Of a stretch of 64,000 nucleotides of DNA, positions 39,001 through 51,951 are shown one piece after another. The DNA lies in contig JAYWIR010000028.1 of assembly GCA_036172245.1 (NCBI GenBank), positions 1,488,001-1,552,000 of the forward strand. The letters run 5' to 3'. A model generated the notes under the pieces. The model did no database searches. It was given only the letters and a program-made list of their open reading frames with translations, and was not told the origin of the DNA. This stretch comes from Raillietiella orientalis (Eukaryota). Position numbers and translations under genes: made by a program. The first letter of the stretch is position 1; each line of letters starts with the position of its first letter.

Positions 39001-42000
39001 CTTTCTCCCCCCCCCCCCCTCCGCCCCAAAAGTTTCCTAATGCCGTTCTTGGTAGGTGGCTGTTGGCTGTTCATTTCCAGGCAGTGCGTTCCCAACACGA
39101 GCCAGCGGATCGTTGCCCGGGTGTACAGGGTAATGGTTGCCTTAGATACGGCCAAACACGGAACGACGGCTGAGACTCACACACACTTGAACACATTAAA
39201 GGTGCCTGCACTTACGGAATACGGGAGGGGAAAAAAAAAAAAAAAAAAAAAAACGAGGAAGGAAAAGAAGGAAAAAAAGGAAAAGAACGAAAGGAAGGAA
39301 GGAAGGACCTTCCGAATTTTGCCACCCAGAAAGAAGAAAAAAAGAGAGAGAGAGAGAGAGAGGGAGGGAGGGAGGAAACAGAGGAAGATGGAGAGAGAAA
39401 GACTTCCTTTGTACCCGTTCATGTTGCTCTGCCGTTCAATAGAGGCGCGTTCCGTCTCTTGGAGTTTTTTTTCTTTCTTTCTAAAAGCAGATCATAGAGG
39501 CGGCGGCGATCATCCTTTGCATCTGCCGATCCGATGCCTCACGAGCGTCGCCTTCACTCAGATGCGGAGCCGCACAATCAGAGACGAAAAATGAAAGAAT
39601 TCCGCGGAAGCCAAGTGGTGAACCTCCAAGCCAGTCGAACCAGAATTCGGGAAGAATCCCGGCTCCGGTGAGATGAGTAAACGGGAGTCACCGCAGTTGT
39701 AGGATAACGTAATCCGATGCCACAAGGCGCCTAAATACTCATTTCCCGAGTGTGCCTGAAAAAAACAAAAACACACACACACACAAAAAAAGTCCTTACC
39801 GACCTTTTTTTTTCTTTTTTTTTTTCTTTTTATGGCGCTAAAGTGCACCGATAAAAGAAGCACACAAAGACACAGTCTCTTCCGTTTCCACGCAAAAGAC
39901 TTGCATATTAACACCGAGTGTTCTCATTTCAGCTTGAGAGATTTATTACACGAGCCAAGGGCTTAGGGATCCGTTTATTAGAAATGGCATCCGCTCCGTC
40001 CATTCCTTGTCATATTTTTGCACTTGTACGTGTCTTTCCAGACCGTGAAATCCATTTTTCAAAGGATTGCCTGCTCCGAACCAGAGAGAGACAGAGATAG
40101 AGAGAAGAAGAAGAAGAAGAAGAAAAAAAGGTGAATCGGCAGTCCCCATTTTTGCTCGAGTCCGCTGCTTCAGGTAAAGCTGCGTTGATTTCTTCGTTAA
40201 TTAGTTACAAACAGCTTTCCCCGCGGATAATGATTTTCGAAAGAACACACAGCAAAAGCCCGAACCAGTCCCTGGCTGCTCGAAAAATAATAGGCACAAA
40301 TTCCTCGAGGCAGATTTGCCGAAATGGTCGATCCGGAGAGCACCGGGAAAGCACAGGGGAAGGAAAAAAAAAAAACCGAAGCCGTTTTTCGGAACCCATT
40401 TTCCCGGAATGGAAAGATAGTTTTCGAGATTCCCTACAGCAGGTTTGCCTGCGCGAGGAATCATCAGTCCGAGGTCGAAGGAAACCCGCTGTCCGAATTC
40501 CTGCGAAACCAGGGCTGGTCAGCAAAAGAAGGAAAGAAAGAAAAAAAAAAGAATCGGGAGCAAACACGCACCATTCCATACGTTTCCACTCTTCTTTCCC
40601 CTTAACATGCTCCACTTCGACTGCTTCATTCACCGTGGAAAGTTATAATTGGGTGTAATCAATTAATACCGAAGAAGTTTCCTTCGATCATGCCTTCAGC
40701 GGAGAAGGTGCTCTTCGGTTCTGACAACTCCAGCCAAGCAAGGCAAAAGAAAAAAAAAAAAGAAGAAAAAAAGCTCGCTTCTGCTCGTGTCCAGTGTAGG
40801 TAAGCAAACTGCAACGTGTTGGCTTCCTTTCTGGGCAAAACGGGACCGACGCAGCCCTACGAATTGTGGCCGATTCTGTGCTTTCCTGCAGATGGCAAAA
40901 CGGCAACGGAGGGCGGCAACCTTTCCTTCCTTCCTCCCTTCTCCCCCACCGTTTTGAAGGTGGAATTCACAGCAGGTGCGTGGAACAGGAATCAGATGAC
41001 CGGGAAGCACGCCTTCGGCTGTGTGGCTGACGGCCAGAACTAGCAGCGACCTGTTCGGATCGGAGACTCTGCAGATGTCGCGTACTGGACGTGTTGTACA
41101 CGTTAGCAGACGTCCTCAAAGAGCGAACTTGAGGCAACTCCGGCGAGAGAGCTCGCTTTGCGAAACGGGGCTGCTCGTAGGTCCCGCCAAAACGGTGGGT
41201 GTCTTGGAGACCGCGCGTAGAGATTCTGCCGCATGTCATCTTCTTCTTTTCTTTTTTCCCCCTCACCCCTCCCAGCTTTATCTCGCAGACGGAATGTTTC
41301 TACAAAACTTGCCCTTTTCTCACTAAGCAACTGCATTGCACACGAAGAAAGAAGGCATACACGCGTGTGTGTATTCACACACACACACACACACACACAC
41401 ATGACCAGATAGATGAGAAACGAAACCGAATGATTTGGTTTCACCACGCTGTATCATCAGTACCCCGCGCATCGCACTTGGAAAACATTCCGTGTTTAGC
41501 ATTCCGTGCCGTACGCGTCTAAACACGAAACCATGTGCGGAATCTCCATGGATCCGAAGCAAATGCCAAATCGCATCTCTAAATTAAACATGAAATCTGT
41601 CAAGTGACGCATCGCCGTTGCGACTGTGACCGACGGCAGCGGAGTCGTAGGGCTCTTCCGAGTGGGGTTCACGTCGATTCGAGCACTTCCTGGAGCTTCC
41701 CGTTCCCGGACGCGCAGGTTGGATTCCCGGCGAGCAGCTCGGACGGACTTCTTCACGCAGGGTGTGTGGAAGCAGAGCGATCCTCCGTGGCACGGGAAGC
41801 TTCCTCGAGGGATTCCTGAACGGAGGAAGGAACGTATTAATGACTTTTTTTTTTTTTTTTTTTTTGGAAGCAGAGGTCACCGAAACCACCCATGCATAAA
41901 ATTGCTGGCATGCTGATATTTGCTGCTTCTTTTCTCTCTTTTTTCCCCTTTCAGGGGAGAGGGAAAAGGAATGAAAAAAAAAGAAAAAAGAAAGGAAAAC

Positions 42001-42963
42001 GTTCCCGGCCTGACAGCTCCTGATACACTAGTAGGTACAACGAGTTTCATATCGAGTAGAACGGAATATACATGGACATGTTTCAGTGCACAGATGCGAT
42101 ACATTATATACATATGTAAGCGTCCATCTGTGTCTGCGTAGGTAGACAAGACAATAGGTTCGCACGTGGCCGTAAACACGTAATTAGGTGTGTGTCTGTA
42201 CGCAATTACCATGTGGACGTATATCATCGTGTGTGTGGATAAGCGCGCGAACGGATACGTACGTATCCAGGCACCGCAAAGCGATGGCAATCCCGGAATC
42301 AGGATAGTCGATCCCGGGCGGGAATCCCTCGAATTATGCGACAGCAGTGTCCGAGATGCATCATCTCCATCACTTGCATTCCACGCTTCGGCTTTCCTTT
42401 TCCTAGGAGCGAAGCTTCGGATGGAAGTGTACGGAGCATTCTAGAATCACCGGCGTGGAAACGGATTCGCGAGACATATGGATCGAAACTATGCAGATAA
42501 GTGGCATGCACCTCTGTCCCGATCTCAATGCCAGACTTTATTTAAATAAACCATCGTGGACGAGGCTGGACAAGAAAATAGGCCCGGGCAGCGTGCAGTA
42601 TGAATATATGTATTTTTAATTCTCACGTATCGCTTTGTATTGTCGCTCTTGTTTTGTTTTGTTTTGTTTTTTTTTTTTGTTTTTTTTGATGTCATTCGAT
42701 GATGCCATTCTTCGAGACCTATCGAGACTTTCCGATGTGGCACCTTCTCGAAAATCGGAGCGACATTGAGAAACACGCCGCTGCTCGTACCAGCTATTGC
42801 CATGGAGACATCATTTCGCAAGCATCCCACTGACGAATGCGCGCAGATCTCTTCAAGCAGCAGTTTCCTCATATTCGAAACAATAATTGATTTTGCAAAT
42901 CATCCCAAACGATCGAACCGTTCCCATTTTGCTTTATTTTCTTCAAAGGGATTTCTTTTTTTG

Positions 42964-42976
42964 TTCTTCTTCTTCT

Positions 42977-43029
<53 letters not shown>
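42964..43029. repeat. (TTC)n-(CT)n microsatellite
   Basis: Directly visible. Confidence 0.95.
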
Positions 43030-43033
<4 letters not shown>

Positions 43034-43279
43034 CCTCTCCCTCCGTTGTGCACGCAAATTCTGTTTCAGCCGTATACATGCATCTTGCAGTTTCAGCAAC
43101 ATTGGGAAACGATCCTCTTGAACTGGTCTGATCCGAAATCAAAAAACCCGTCCGTGGTGGTGTACGTCGTCGGTCCAGCCGCAGTTTTTGTCTTGCATTG
43201 GCCGCTCGAGCGAGAAACTTTCTCAAAGTTACCCCGATGGCTGGTAATTGGATTCGCACAATACCACGGCAATCGTAGA

Positions 43280-43281
<2 letters not shown>

Positions 43282-43330
<49 letters not shown>
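43282..43330. repeat. A49 homopolymer
   Basis: Directly visible. Confidence 0.95.
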
Positions 43331-43331
<1 letters not shown>

Positions 43332-44055
43332 AACATCTTCTCAAAGCCATCACTTTCCGTTTGAGGTTGTGAATTCTTGAAATTCTGCTCGCGAGCTCCT
43401 GCATGGGTTTCCAAGACAATACACAATTTCCGCTTAGCACTCGTCCCTTTATTCAAATACAAACTTTAGTTTCGAATAACAACACACACACACAAAATCA
43501 CATGTTTTATCCGTTTCGACCTCGCGTACGCAGAAGAAGAAAGAAGGAGAAGGGGAAGAAGGAGAAGAAAAAAAAATCCATCGCCTAAAAACCTGCTACA
43601 TAGGGAGAGGCGGTTGCGACGGCGACGAGACCTTTGAAGGTAAAAACGAAAGCTGCTGGCGGACGCCTTTGCAAGATGGAGCCGTGTGAAACACGTTCTT
43701 TTCGTGTTGCTCGTCGACGCTCGGTCGTGCGTTCGGAGCCGTGGTCGCTCGACGCGTCGAAGGCGTACACCTCTTCGTAGGGCGTCACCGCACGGGGTAC
43801 AGTTGCTTGGTCGGGGTGAGCCCCCGCTTCGCTGTTCCCGGCCGGTAAACGCAAACGGCCGTGCGAAACCGACCCGTGGTTACGGAGGAAGAGTTGCCCC
43901 GGTCGACCCGGAAGGAGGAGCCCTCGGGCCGGCGATCCCGACGACGACGCCAAAGTTCGCTGAAGGTTCCTCGAAAAGCTTTCCTTTCTTCCGTGATCGC
44001 CTCGCATGCATGGTTCACAAGTGCCGCGGGACGGCGGCTTGTGTTCGTGTACGGG

Positions 44056-44080
44056 CAGCAGCAGCAGCAGCAGCAGCAGC
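44056..44080. repeat. (CAG)8 repeat
   Basis: Directly visible. Confidence 0.95.
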
Positions 44081-45181
44081 CCCCCCGCCCCCCCTGCTAC
44101 ACACTACCTGTGTTGCATTCCTTTATCGGGGGGGAGCGACCACCCCTTCCGGAACACCTCGAGTGTCTCCGCCAGCCGCCTCGGCTTCGCCGGCTCGGTG
44201 ACGTTCGCCGATTCCCCCCATTTCTGCGAGCGAAATGGGAATCGGAGCGTTCCTGCTCCAGCATCCCGCGCATCTGAATTCGCATTCCCGAGCTCAGATC
44301 GTCGCTGGCATCGGGAGAGCACCACCGCCGTTCTTTGCCTAGGTGACTCGGGAGGGCTTCGTGGACGGCATCAGGCCGATATCAGGTTGCACACGCGTCG
44401 CTTGGCGAAGTTGGTGACATTCGGTAGCCGATTCGAGCGGTTTTTTTTTTTTTTTTCTTTTTTTTTTTTTCTTCTTCTTTTTTTTTTCTCTTTTTTTCCA
44501 TCTCCCCCCCCCCCCCCCCCCTTTCTTCGGCCGAGCTGGTTTCCTAGATAAAGGAAATCAGATCCCGAAGCTGCTGCAAGAGCTTCGAAGGCTGTCGAAA
44601 TCAGCTTTCAGCACGCGGGCGATGAAAATCTTCTTCGACGTCGCCTGCTCGTTTCCAGCCTGAAATTTTTCCCGAGAGCTGCTTCTCCGAAAATAGAATG
44701 TTGTTGTTGTGCGTATAAAATTACGGCAGAAGAGTTGTGCGTGCCGATGGCCCCTATTTTCCGGCCCACCGAGAAAACGCCCACGGCCGCACCCGTGGCC
44801 CACCGAGCCCCCTTCGCACCGGGCCCCCGGAAAACCATGTACAAACGAGCAACATATCGTTTTCCAATGCTCGAAATCAAGATTATGGAAATGGTACCTT
44901 CCCTTCCCTTAAATTCTAACACTAATGGACTCGTCCAGTGATACTGTTGCGGGAGCAGTTCTCCTGCAACGGAATGCTGGGTGTTTGTAAGAGAAATAGG
45001 AAAGTGTCTAAAATCTATTGAATGTACAGAATTGGATTTTTTTCGCTGTTTTGTGGTATGTACTCGTGACGTGTGAGGCGGCGGCGTGTGAGGGAGAGGG
45101 GAGGGGGGGGGGGGAGGGAAAAACCCCGGTATGGGAAATTGAGAGGCGTTTCGAGCAGCAGATGCTGCTGCTGCTGCTTTT

Positions 45182-45190
45182 TGTGAGTGT

Positions 45191-45228
<38 letters not shown>

Positions 45229-45668
45229 CTGTCGCTCAAAACGGCAAGGAAGAGTCGTCGTCGTCGTCGGCGGCGGCGTCGTCGTCGTCGTCGTCGTCCC
45301 GTCGGGCGGTTGCTACGAGACGCGGCATCGTGGAGGATGATGTGGATGCGGGGATGAATGATCTTGTGGCGCGGGCGAACCGTCCGCGCGCGAGGCCTCG
45401 ACGTCGGATTTTTACTGCGTATGAATCGGAATGCCTCCATTTTTCTTGGAGCACACGGACGGTTCGTGGAAAAGTGTGTGTGTGTGCTGCTTATCAAGGC
45501 TTATCTGTATTTCGCTCGCAGCCACGGCAATTTGCCAGTGCAGCATGGAAACGCTGCTGCCGTTTCGTTTCTGGAAAACGGGATGGCGCTTGTCCTCCCT
45601 GCATGCGTGGTGGTGGTGCCGCCGCCGCCGTCATCATCATCATCATCATCGTCGTCGTCGTCGTCGTC
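45182..45668. repeat. Cluster of (GT)n, (GTC)n/(GGC)n and (ATC)n(GTC)n microsatellites
   Basis: Directly visible at ~45182-45226, 45253-45297 and 45630-45668. Confidence 0.9.
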
Positions 45669-46376
45669 GGCTGTGGAGTGTTCCGTCCCGGTGGGCAGTC
45701 CTGGCGCGCGCGTTCCGCGGCTGTTCGTCCCCGTCCTACGGTTCAATGATTTCAGTGTTTGAACGGCTTTTACGGCTCGGCTTTTCGATTAGGCTGCTTC
45801 GGAGTCACCTGCAAGACACTTTGGCCCTATCGATTGCACCTATTTGAAACAGTATTTATTTATTTATTTATTTTCTCCTTCCGCTTCTCCCTTTTCGTAG
45901 AGCACCCGGAACAGATAGGTGATCCTGCAGCCGGACCGGTTTCCACAGAGCATGTGTGTATTTTCGATTCCATTTTTTCTTCTTCTTCTTCCGCGTAAAC
46001 ACGCATCCGATTTTTTTTTTTTTTTTTAAAAAAAAGAAGGAAAAGGAAAAGGGGAGAAGCGTTTGAGGGTGCTGCTGATTGGGGGGTGTTTGTTGGCGCG
46101 GTGCGTTACGATTTCGGTTTCATGGAAAGTCCAAATGGAATGCATAATTGCTTGCACACAGAAATACAACTTCCCAGTTGATTAATGTGCCGTTCCCTCA
46201 TTCACTTAACTCCCGACTGGAAGTGGAAAGGGATACGCACAGGACGAAGTCGGGAATGCGTGTGTTTTCCAAAAATCGGGGATAGCACACGACGCGTTAT
46301 GGCGGAAGCACCCTTTAATTGACACTGCACATAGCAGCCAAATGCATGGAGGTGCGTTGATTTCATTTAAACCGTG

Positions 46377-46378
<2 letters not shown>

Positions 46379-46428
<50 letters not shown>
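46379..46428. repeat. (AT)25 microsatellite
   Basis: Directly visible. Confidence 0.95.
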
Positions 46429-46434
<6 letters not shown>

Positions 46435-47338
46435 CTTTTTGAGATGTATTTTCTTTTCTTTTTTCTCCGCCTGAATCGTAGTCAGCCTTTTTTTTTTTTT
46501 TTTTTTTCCTTTTTTCCTTTTGGGGGGGGGGGGGTACTGCGGCAATTCGAACGATTTCACCAAGGGGAAAAAAAAAAAAGAAAAGAAAATGCGTTTGCAT
46601 TCGTTTGTGATTCTCTCTCATTGTGATTTCACCTTCGGATGTATTTAATGTACTCCTTTTCAAAGGAGGGCATCTGGAGTGGGATATGGCTCGACCCGGG
46701 GGGGTTCGGTTCATTTCTGCCTTCTCGCAGTATGGCATACATTTTCCAAGCTCGTGGGAAGTATTGGAAGGGAAAAAAAAGAAAAGAGAGAGAGAGGAAG
46801 GAAAAAGCAAAAGAAAATTGACCACATGCATCGTGACTCCATCTTAATGATTTAGTGTTTTCTACCGGGAAGCCTATCCACTTGAAGCATCCAAATAAAT
46901 GCGTGCGCGTGGTTTTTTTTTTTTTTTTTTTTTTTTTAGATTCTCGTTATGGATTGAAGGCTGTCAATTGCCCTCCTATTGATTTCCGTATTGTTCCATT
47001 TGATAGAAGAACGGAAAGAAAAAAAAAAAAAAAAAAAAAAAAGTGTTCTTTCAACATTTTCAGGTGCATTCGCAATGTGATGGTGAATGAATGAATTTGC
47101 TGTTTCCGAAGGCGTTATTAAAAATGTGATGCCCTCCTCGTTGTAATAGCATTTTCCCGTGTGGAAAAAAAAGGAAAAAAAAGGAAAAAAAAAAGGTGAT
47201 CACGGTGGACGTATTGCATTCTAATATTTCCTCACAAGCAGTTGAATCGTCGTGTTGCAGAGACCCCGTTCTTCGGTGTTGCTCTGTGTGTGTGTGTGTG
47301 TGTTTTTTCCTTTTTTTTCCTTTTTTTTTTTTTTTCCT

Positions 47339-47369
<31 letters not shown>

Positions 47370-47616
47370 CTCCTTCCTCCCCCCCTTTCAAAGAATAAAT
47401 TCCGGAAACGACTCACAGAGTCTGAACAGAGTTATTTCCTTGTTTTAGCAGTGTAACGTTAGCTTTCTGTGAATTGCAGCAGATTTCCTGCAAGGAGGAC
47501 ACTCTGGAAACACCAGAGCGTGGTCGATGGGGCCCACCTCGAATGCGCACCGCACTTCGGAGAGACGTAATGTATTTTATGTACTGTTAAACGATCGGAG
47601 GGGGGGGGGAGGGAGG

Positions 47617-47661
<45 letters not shown>

Positions 47662-48736
47662 AGGAAAAAAAAGGAAAAAAAAGGCAAAAGGGAAGAAAGA
47701 GGAAGGAATCCTTCTGCCGATTTCATGCCCGGCGAATCATCCCGATGCCCTGAAACCCGGGCCACCGAGTGTTGCTTTTTATTGGTGTCCGACATTCTTT
47801 TCCAGAGTTGCACTTTCCATCCTGCAAGTCTTGCAGCTCGGAGCAGCAGCCGGATGGTTCCCCCCCCCCCTTCCTCCCTCCCTCCCTCCCTCCCTCCCCC
47901 CTCACCAAAGTGTTGTACTCGGGGGCTGTTCGTGCACATTAAGCAAACTTAACTGCTATTGGCCAGTTGATGGATTTCTTAATTAACCTCAGTTTCTATA
48001 GATTTGTGTTCATCAATTGGAATGAGCGTTAGTTAATCAGTTGCTCGCATGCCGTGGGGTTGTTGGTGTTGCCTTCGTACCGTGGAAAAACACACACACA
48101 CACAAACGAAGAGACGGAATTTGCATAGTTTGTAGTGTCGGCTTGCAGTACTTAGGAAGAATGTCTATGTACCTATGTAACCGTGTGGAGTGTGAAATTA
48201 AAGGAGAGAGGGAGGGACAGGGGGAGAGAGAGGGGAAAGAAAAAAAAAAAAAAAAAAAAATGTGGTAAAACATTGTTCGTGCAGTCGTAAACATTGTGGG
48301 GATGCCATCAAGTTTGTTCCGAGATCGGATGAGAAACTATTGCTGCACACGTTCGTGATTATTCGATTAGTGACCTTGTAATTATCATCGTCGGAATTTA
48401 AGACAACATTCTATTTGTCTTTTCGAGCATAGCATGTGTGAGGTGTTTATAAGTGAATGGCTTTGTTGTTAAAGTATTATTTCGCATGCAGACTTGGAAC
48501 GAGGAGTTTCTCTCTTTTATTTTTTGCGTTTGTTTCACAACTCTTTTTGCCCTTATGATAAAAAAAGTTCACGTTATGATTGAGCATGCTGGTTTTTACC
48601 GTTGTCTGAGCTGGAGAATTGTATGTTCGTACACGAGGAGTGAGTGTTTGTTGGGAAAGGGTTTCGAGTTTCCTAAAATGATGTTAAATGTCTGACATGC
48701 CTTTCCTAAATTGATGGAACGTTTTCATTTAATGCT

Positions 48737-48773
48737 ATTATTATTTATTTATTTATTTATTTTTTTTTTTCAG
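48737..48773 (+). other. Strong 3' splice acceptor upstream of the zinc-finger CDS (implies upstream 5' exon(s))
   Basis: (TATT)n and T-run followed by CAG at 48771-48773, close to the switch to CpG-poor DNA. Confidence 0.6.
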
Positions 48774-48979
48774 ATGAATAATTGGCACAAAAACGTTTTG
48801 GAAGTCTCATGAATTTCCCCCCCAAAATTATTAAAATTTAGCCATGCCTTATCGAAGTTGTATCCTCTAAAGGAGTCGATTTTTTCTTGATTATGGGAAC
48901 ATTAAATCATCTCATCATGGCTAAATGAGAAATTGAAGTATTAACATCTGTTGTTTTTGATGTTCTTTCATTGCTTTAA

Positions 48980-51866
48980 ATGAAATTTATAAATGCTTGC
49001 AAGCAGCCAAATAAACATTGCACGAATCAAAAATCCCAGAGTCTTCCTATCAATGGATTGACTTTATATGTTCCAGATGAAAAATCCAAAGAGTCTTTCA
49101 CTTACAGTCATAAATTACTTACTTTGGGGAAATCACTCAAATGCAAAAAGAGGAATAAAAATTGGAAATGGTCCATAAAAAGAAATGGAAAGAACTGTGA
49201 AAATGAAAATCATCTTTCAAAATCATGTGGAATGCTTGATAGCCAGAATGGGAAATTAGACAGTGAGAATTCTGCACCCACCTCTGCTCCTGCAAAACCA
49301 TGTGCATCATCTGCAGCGCAGACATCCAATGATGAGTTGCCTTGTAGCAGTCAGAATGCATTAGAGTCTCAATCTAAAGTGGGTACTGGTGTGCCGTCAG
49401 ATAGTTCTTCATCCAAAATGAAACCTGGATCCGATTTCTACAGCAATTGCTTTCCTGATATCTTAGATAGAGAGGTGTCTTTGGGAGTGACAAATCGTCG
49501 TATAATTGAGCCAGGAAAGTTTATTTTTACCATCTTGCAGCGCCATGTTTCCATGAATGCTAAGGGGAAGAAAATATTCAAATGTGATGTGTGCTCAGAT
49601 ACTTATTATTTGCGTGCCTTTAGTTTGAAGCGTCATTATTTGAGAGAGCACATTAACTTCAAACACATTTGTGATCGAGACATTAGCAACTGTAACATTT
49701 TATTGGGAGAGAAAACATCTCTTAAGGGAAGAAAAAGGAAAACTAAGGGGAATTTAGATCAAGGTTCAGTTCAGCTTCTGGAAGACAAAACAGCCATCCA
49801 AGAAGCTAGAGAGGCTGGCTTTTATGTGACACCCTTTGGGGAAGTGTTATGTGGTGTGTTTCAGTGTAATGTATGTTACAATGTATATAATACACTTAAA
49901 GAATTACGTCAGCATGCAAGTAGTCACAGTACTGCTGGCACTACTCCTCCGCGTACATATTTTTGTGAATCCTGTAGATGTTCATTTGCAGACCAGCCAT
50001 CCCTGGTCAAGCATATGACTGCAAATCATTCCCCAAATAACATTTTAGAATGTGAAGTTTGCCATTTAGATTTTACGAATGAAGAGGCATTTCAGAATCA
50101 TCTTAAGCTGCATCTTACCGCCGATTCTGAGGAAAGCAACTGCAATTATCCGAAAGTACTGGATCCTCTTGATTCAGTGGATCAGCTTTGTGATTCCTCG
50201 AGTTTGCTTGAAACAACTCCCCAGTCCGGAGGTACTAAAGTCAAAGAAGAAGTTGCTCCTAACAATGAAACTGATTCGTCATCTGAGAAAAAAAAAGGTT
50301 CTTTCTTCTGTGATGTATGTGATAAGGTGTTTATTTATCGAGCAAATTTTGTGAAGCATCAGCAGTCATCTCATCGGGATTTCTCAGAAAAACACGAAAA
50401 ACACATATGTAGTGTGTGTCATTTGGAATTTGCTTGTTCCAGAGCTCTGAAGGATCATGAAGTAACGCATGGACCTGTACTTACTTGCAAATACATAAAG
50501 GAAAATGGCGATGTTCATCCTCAGGAAAATTGCAGTGATGAGGAGGACATCCAACATCATAATCTGCATCAGAGTCAGGTTCCGAATTCAAAAAATGGAA
50601 ATCTGTGCGTTGAAGATGAAGGGTGTAGTGATACAAGCAAAGAAGAGTTCTGTTTATTAAAATGGGAAGAATCAAGTGGTTCTGGGGAAACCAACGATGC
50701 TTCGGAAACCATTGAATCTTCAAATATTGAGAATACAAGTGAGGACACTGCAAGTGAAGGAATTCTGATCAAGACATGTGATTCTGGACTGTTTCCTGAA
50801 GAAGATAAGGAAAACTATAATGCAGAAACAGACAGCTGCCTTGTTGAGATGGAATGCATTAAAAAAGATGCTGCTCATGATAAGCACCGTGAAAAAAAGA
50901 CACTGCCATGTGTTTCAAAAAAAGAAGGTTCAGTGAGAAAAAACTGTTGTAAAGTCAATGAGATCAGTGAAGAGGAGTTTTATAAAAGTCTGTGTGCTCG
51001 CATATCTCCAAATATTTTGGAGAATTTAGGCTGTTATTTGGAAGGCAAAATTGATGGACAGCATGATGAATGTGGTTACCAGCTGGAAAATTCCCAAGAA
51101 CCCATCACAAAAATGAGTTGGTTGGATTTCGAGTTTCCACCGGGAGTGTATGTTCGTCTAGAAGAAATTTTCAAGCTGGATTTCGGAATGCAGAATCAGC
51201 TGCATAAAACCTTGGAACGCTTATGCGTTACCAGGGGCAGTAGTGATGGTATTTGTGAAAAGAAGGAAAACGAACAATCAAATCTTTTGGAAGAATTGGC
51301 CCTTAAAAGAGTGCCTTCCCATGGAAAGCAGTCCAAAATGAAAAAATGCAGAAAGAAAAGACGTGTACGTGAAAATCACAATTCACGAGACACTACACTC
51401 AGTGGAGACTGGTCCCGTGCCCATATTTATGTGTGCAGTGCATGCTCAGCAAAATTTGCTGACATCTGGGATTTGTGGGATCACAAGTACAATGTTCATC
51501 CTAATGTTCATTGTACTCATGTTGAGTTTGAAGGAAACAACATAAAAGTAGTGCCTAATGAATTGACAGTAAAGTTTAGTGATTGTCAAGGACTGGCTAG
51601 GAAATGTACCTTATTTAAGACAGTTGGTAGTGGTACACAGAAATGCACCAAATGCGATCAATCTTTTTCGAGTGGCAGTGATTTACATCAACACATACTG
51701 GATTGTAGTGGGGATTTAAATTGGGCAAACCCACCTTCATTCAAGAAAGCACAATGCAAGACTTTTGATAAACGACGCAAGAGAAGCCGTTCTCGGGGCA
51801 TGAAAAGAAACATTCCCAATACACCTGAGCAACCAAGGAAATTCAGGCGTTGCAGATCACTTACAG
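48980..51866 (+). CDS. Multi-zinc-finger protein, first large coding exon (start codon uncertain)
   Basis: Stop-free for 962 codons in AT-rich DNA. C2H2 fingers: FKCDVC..RHYLREH, FQCNVC..QHASSH, YFCESC..KHMTANH, LECEVC..NHLKLH, FFCDVC..KHQQSSH, HICSVC..DHEVTH, YVCSAC..DHKYNVH. C2HC finger: QKCTKC..QHILDC. Ends at donor ACAG|GTATAA (phase 1). An alternative 5' boundary is acceptor TTCCAG at 49076. Confidence 0.93.
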
Positions 51867-51951
51867 GTATAAAGTTTGACTTCAAGATATTTGTCGAGAA
51901 TTTTTGCAAGATTTTATTTGATAATGTTGCAAATTCTATTTTTTTTTCCAG

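Noticed and set aside
43279..43330. AATAAA running into A49 as a retrocopy tail
   Set aside because: No target-site duplication or coding remnant seen, and long A runs are abundant in this region.
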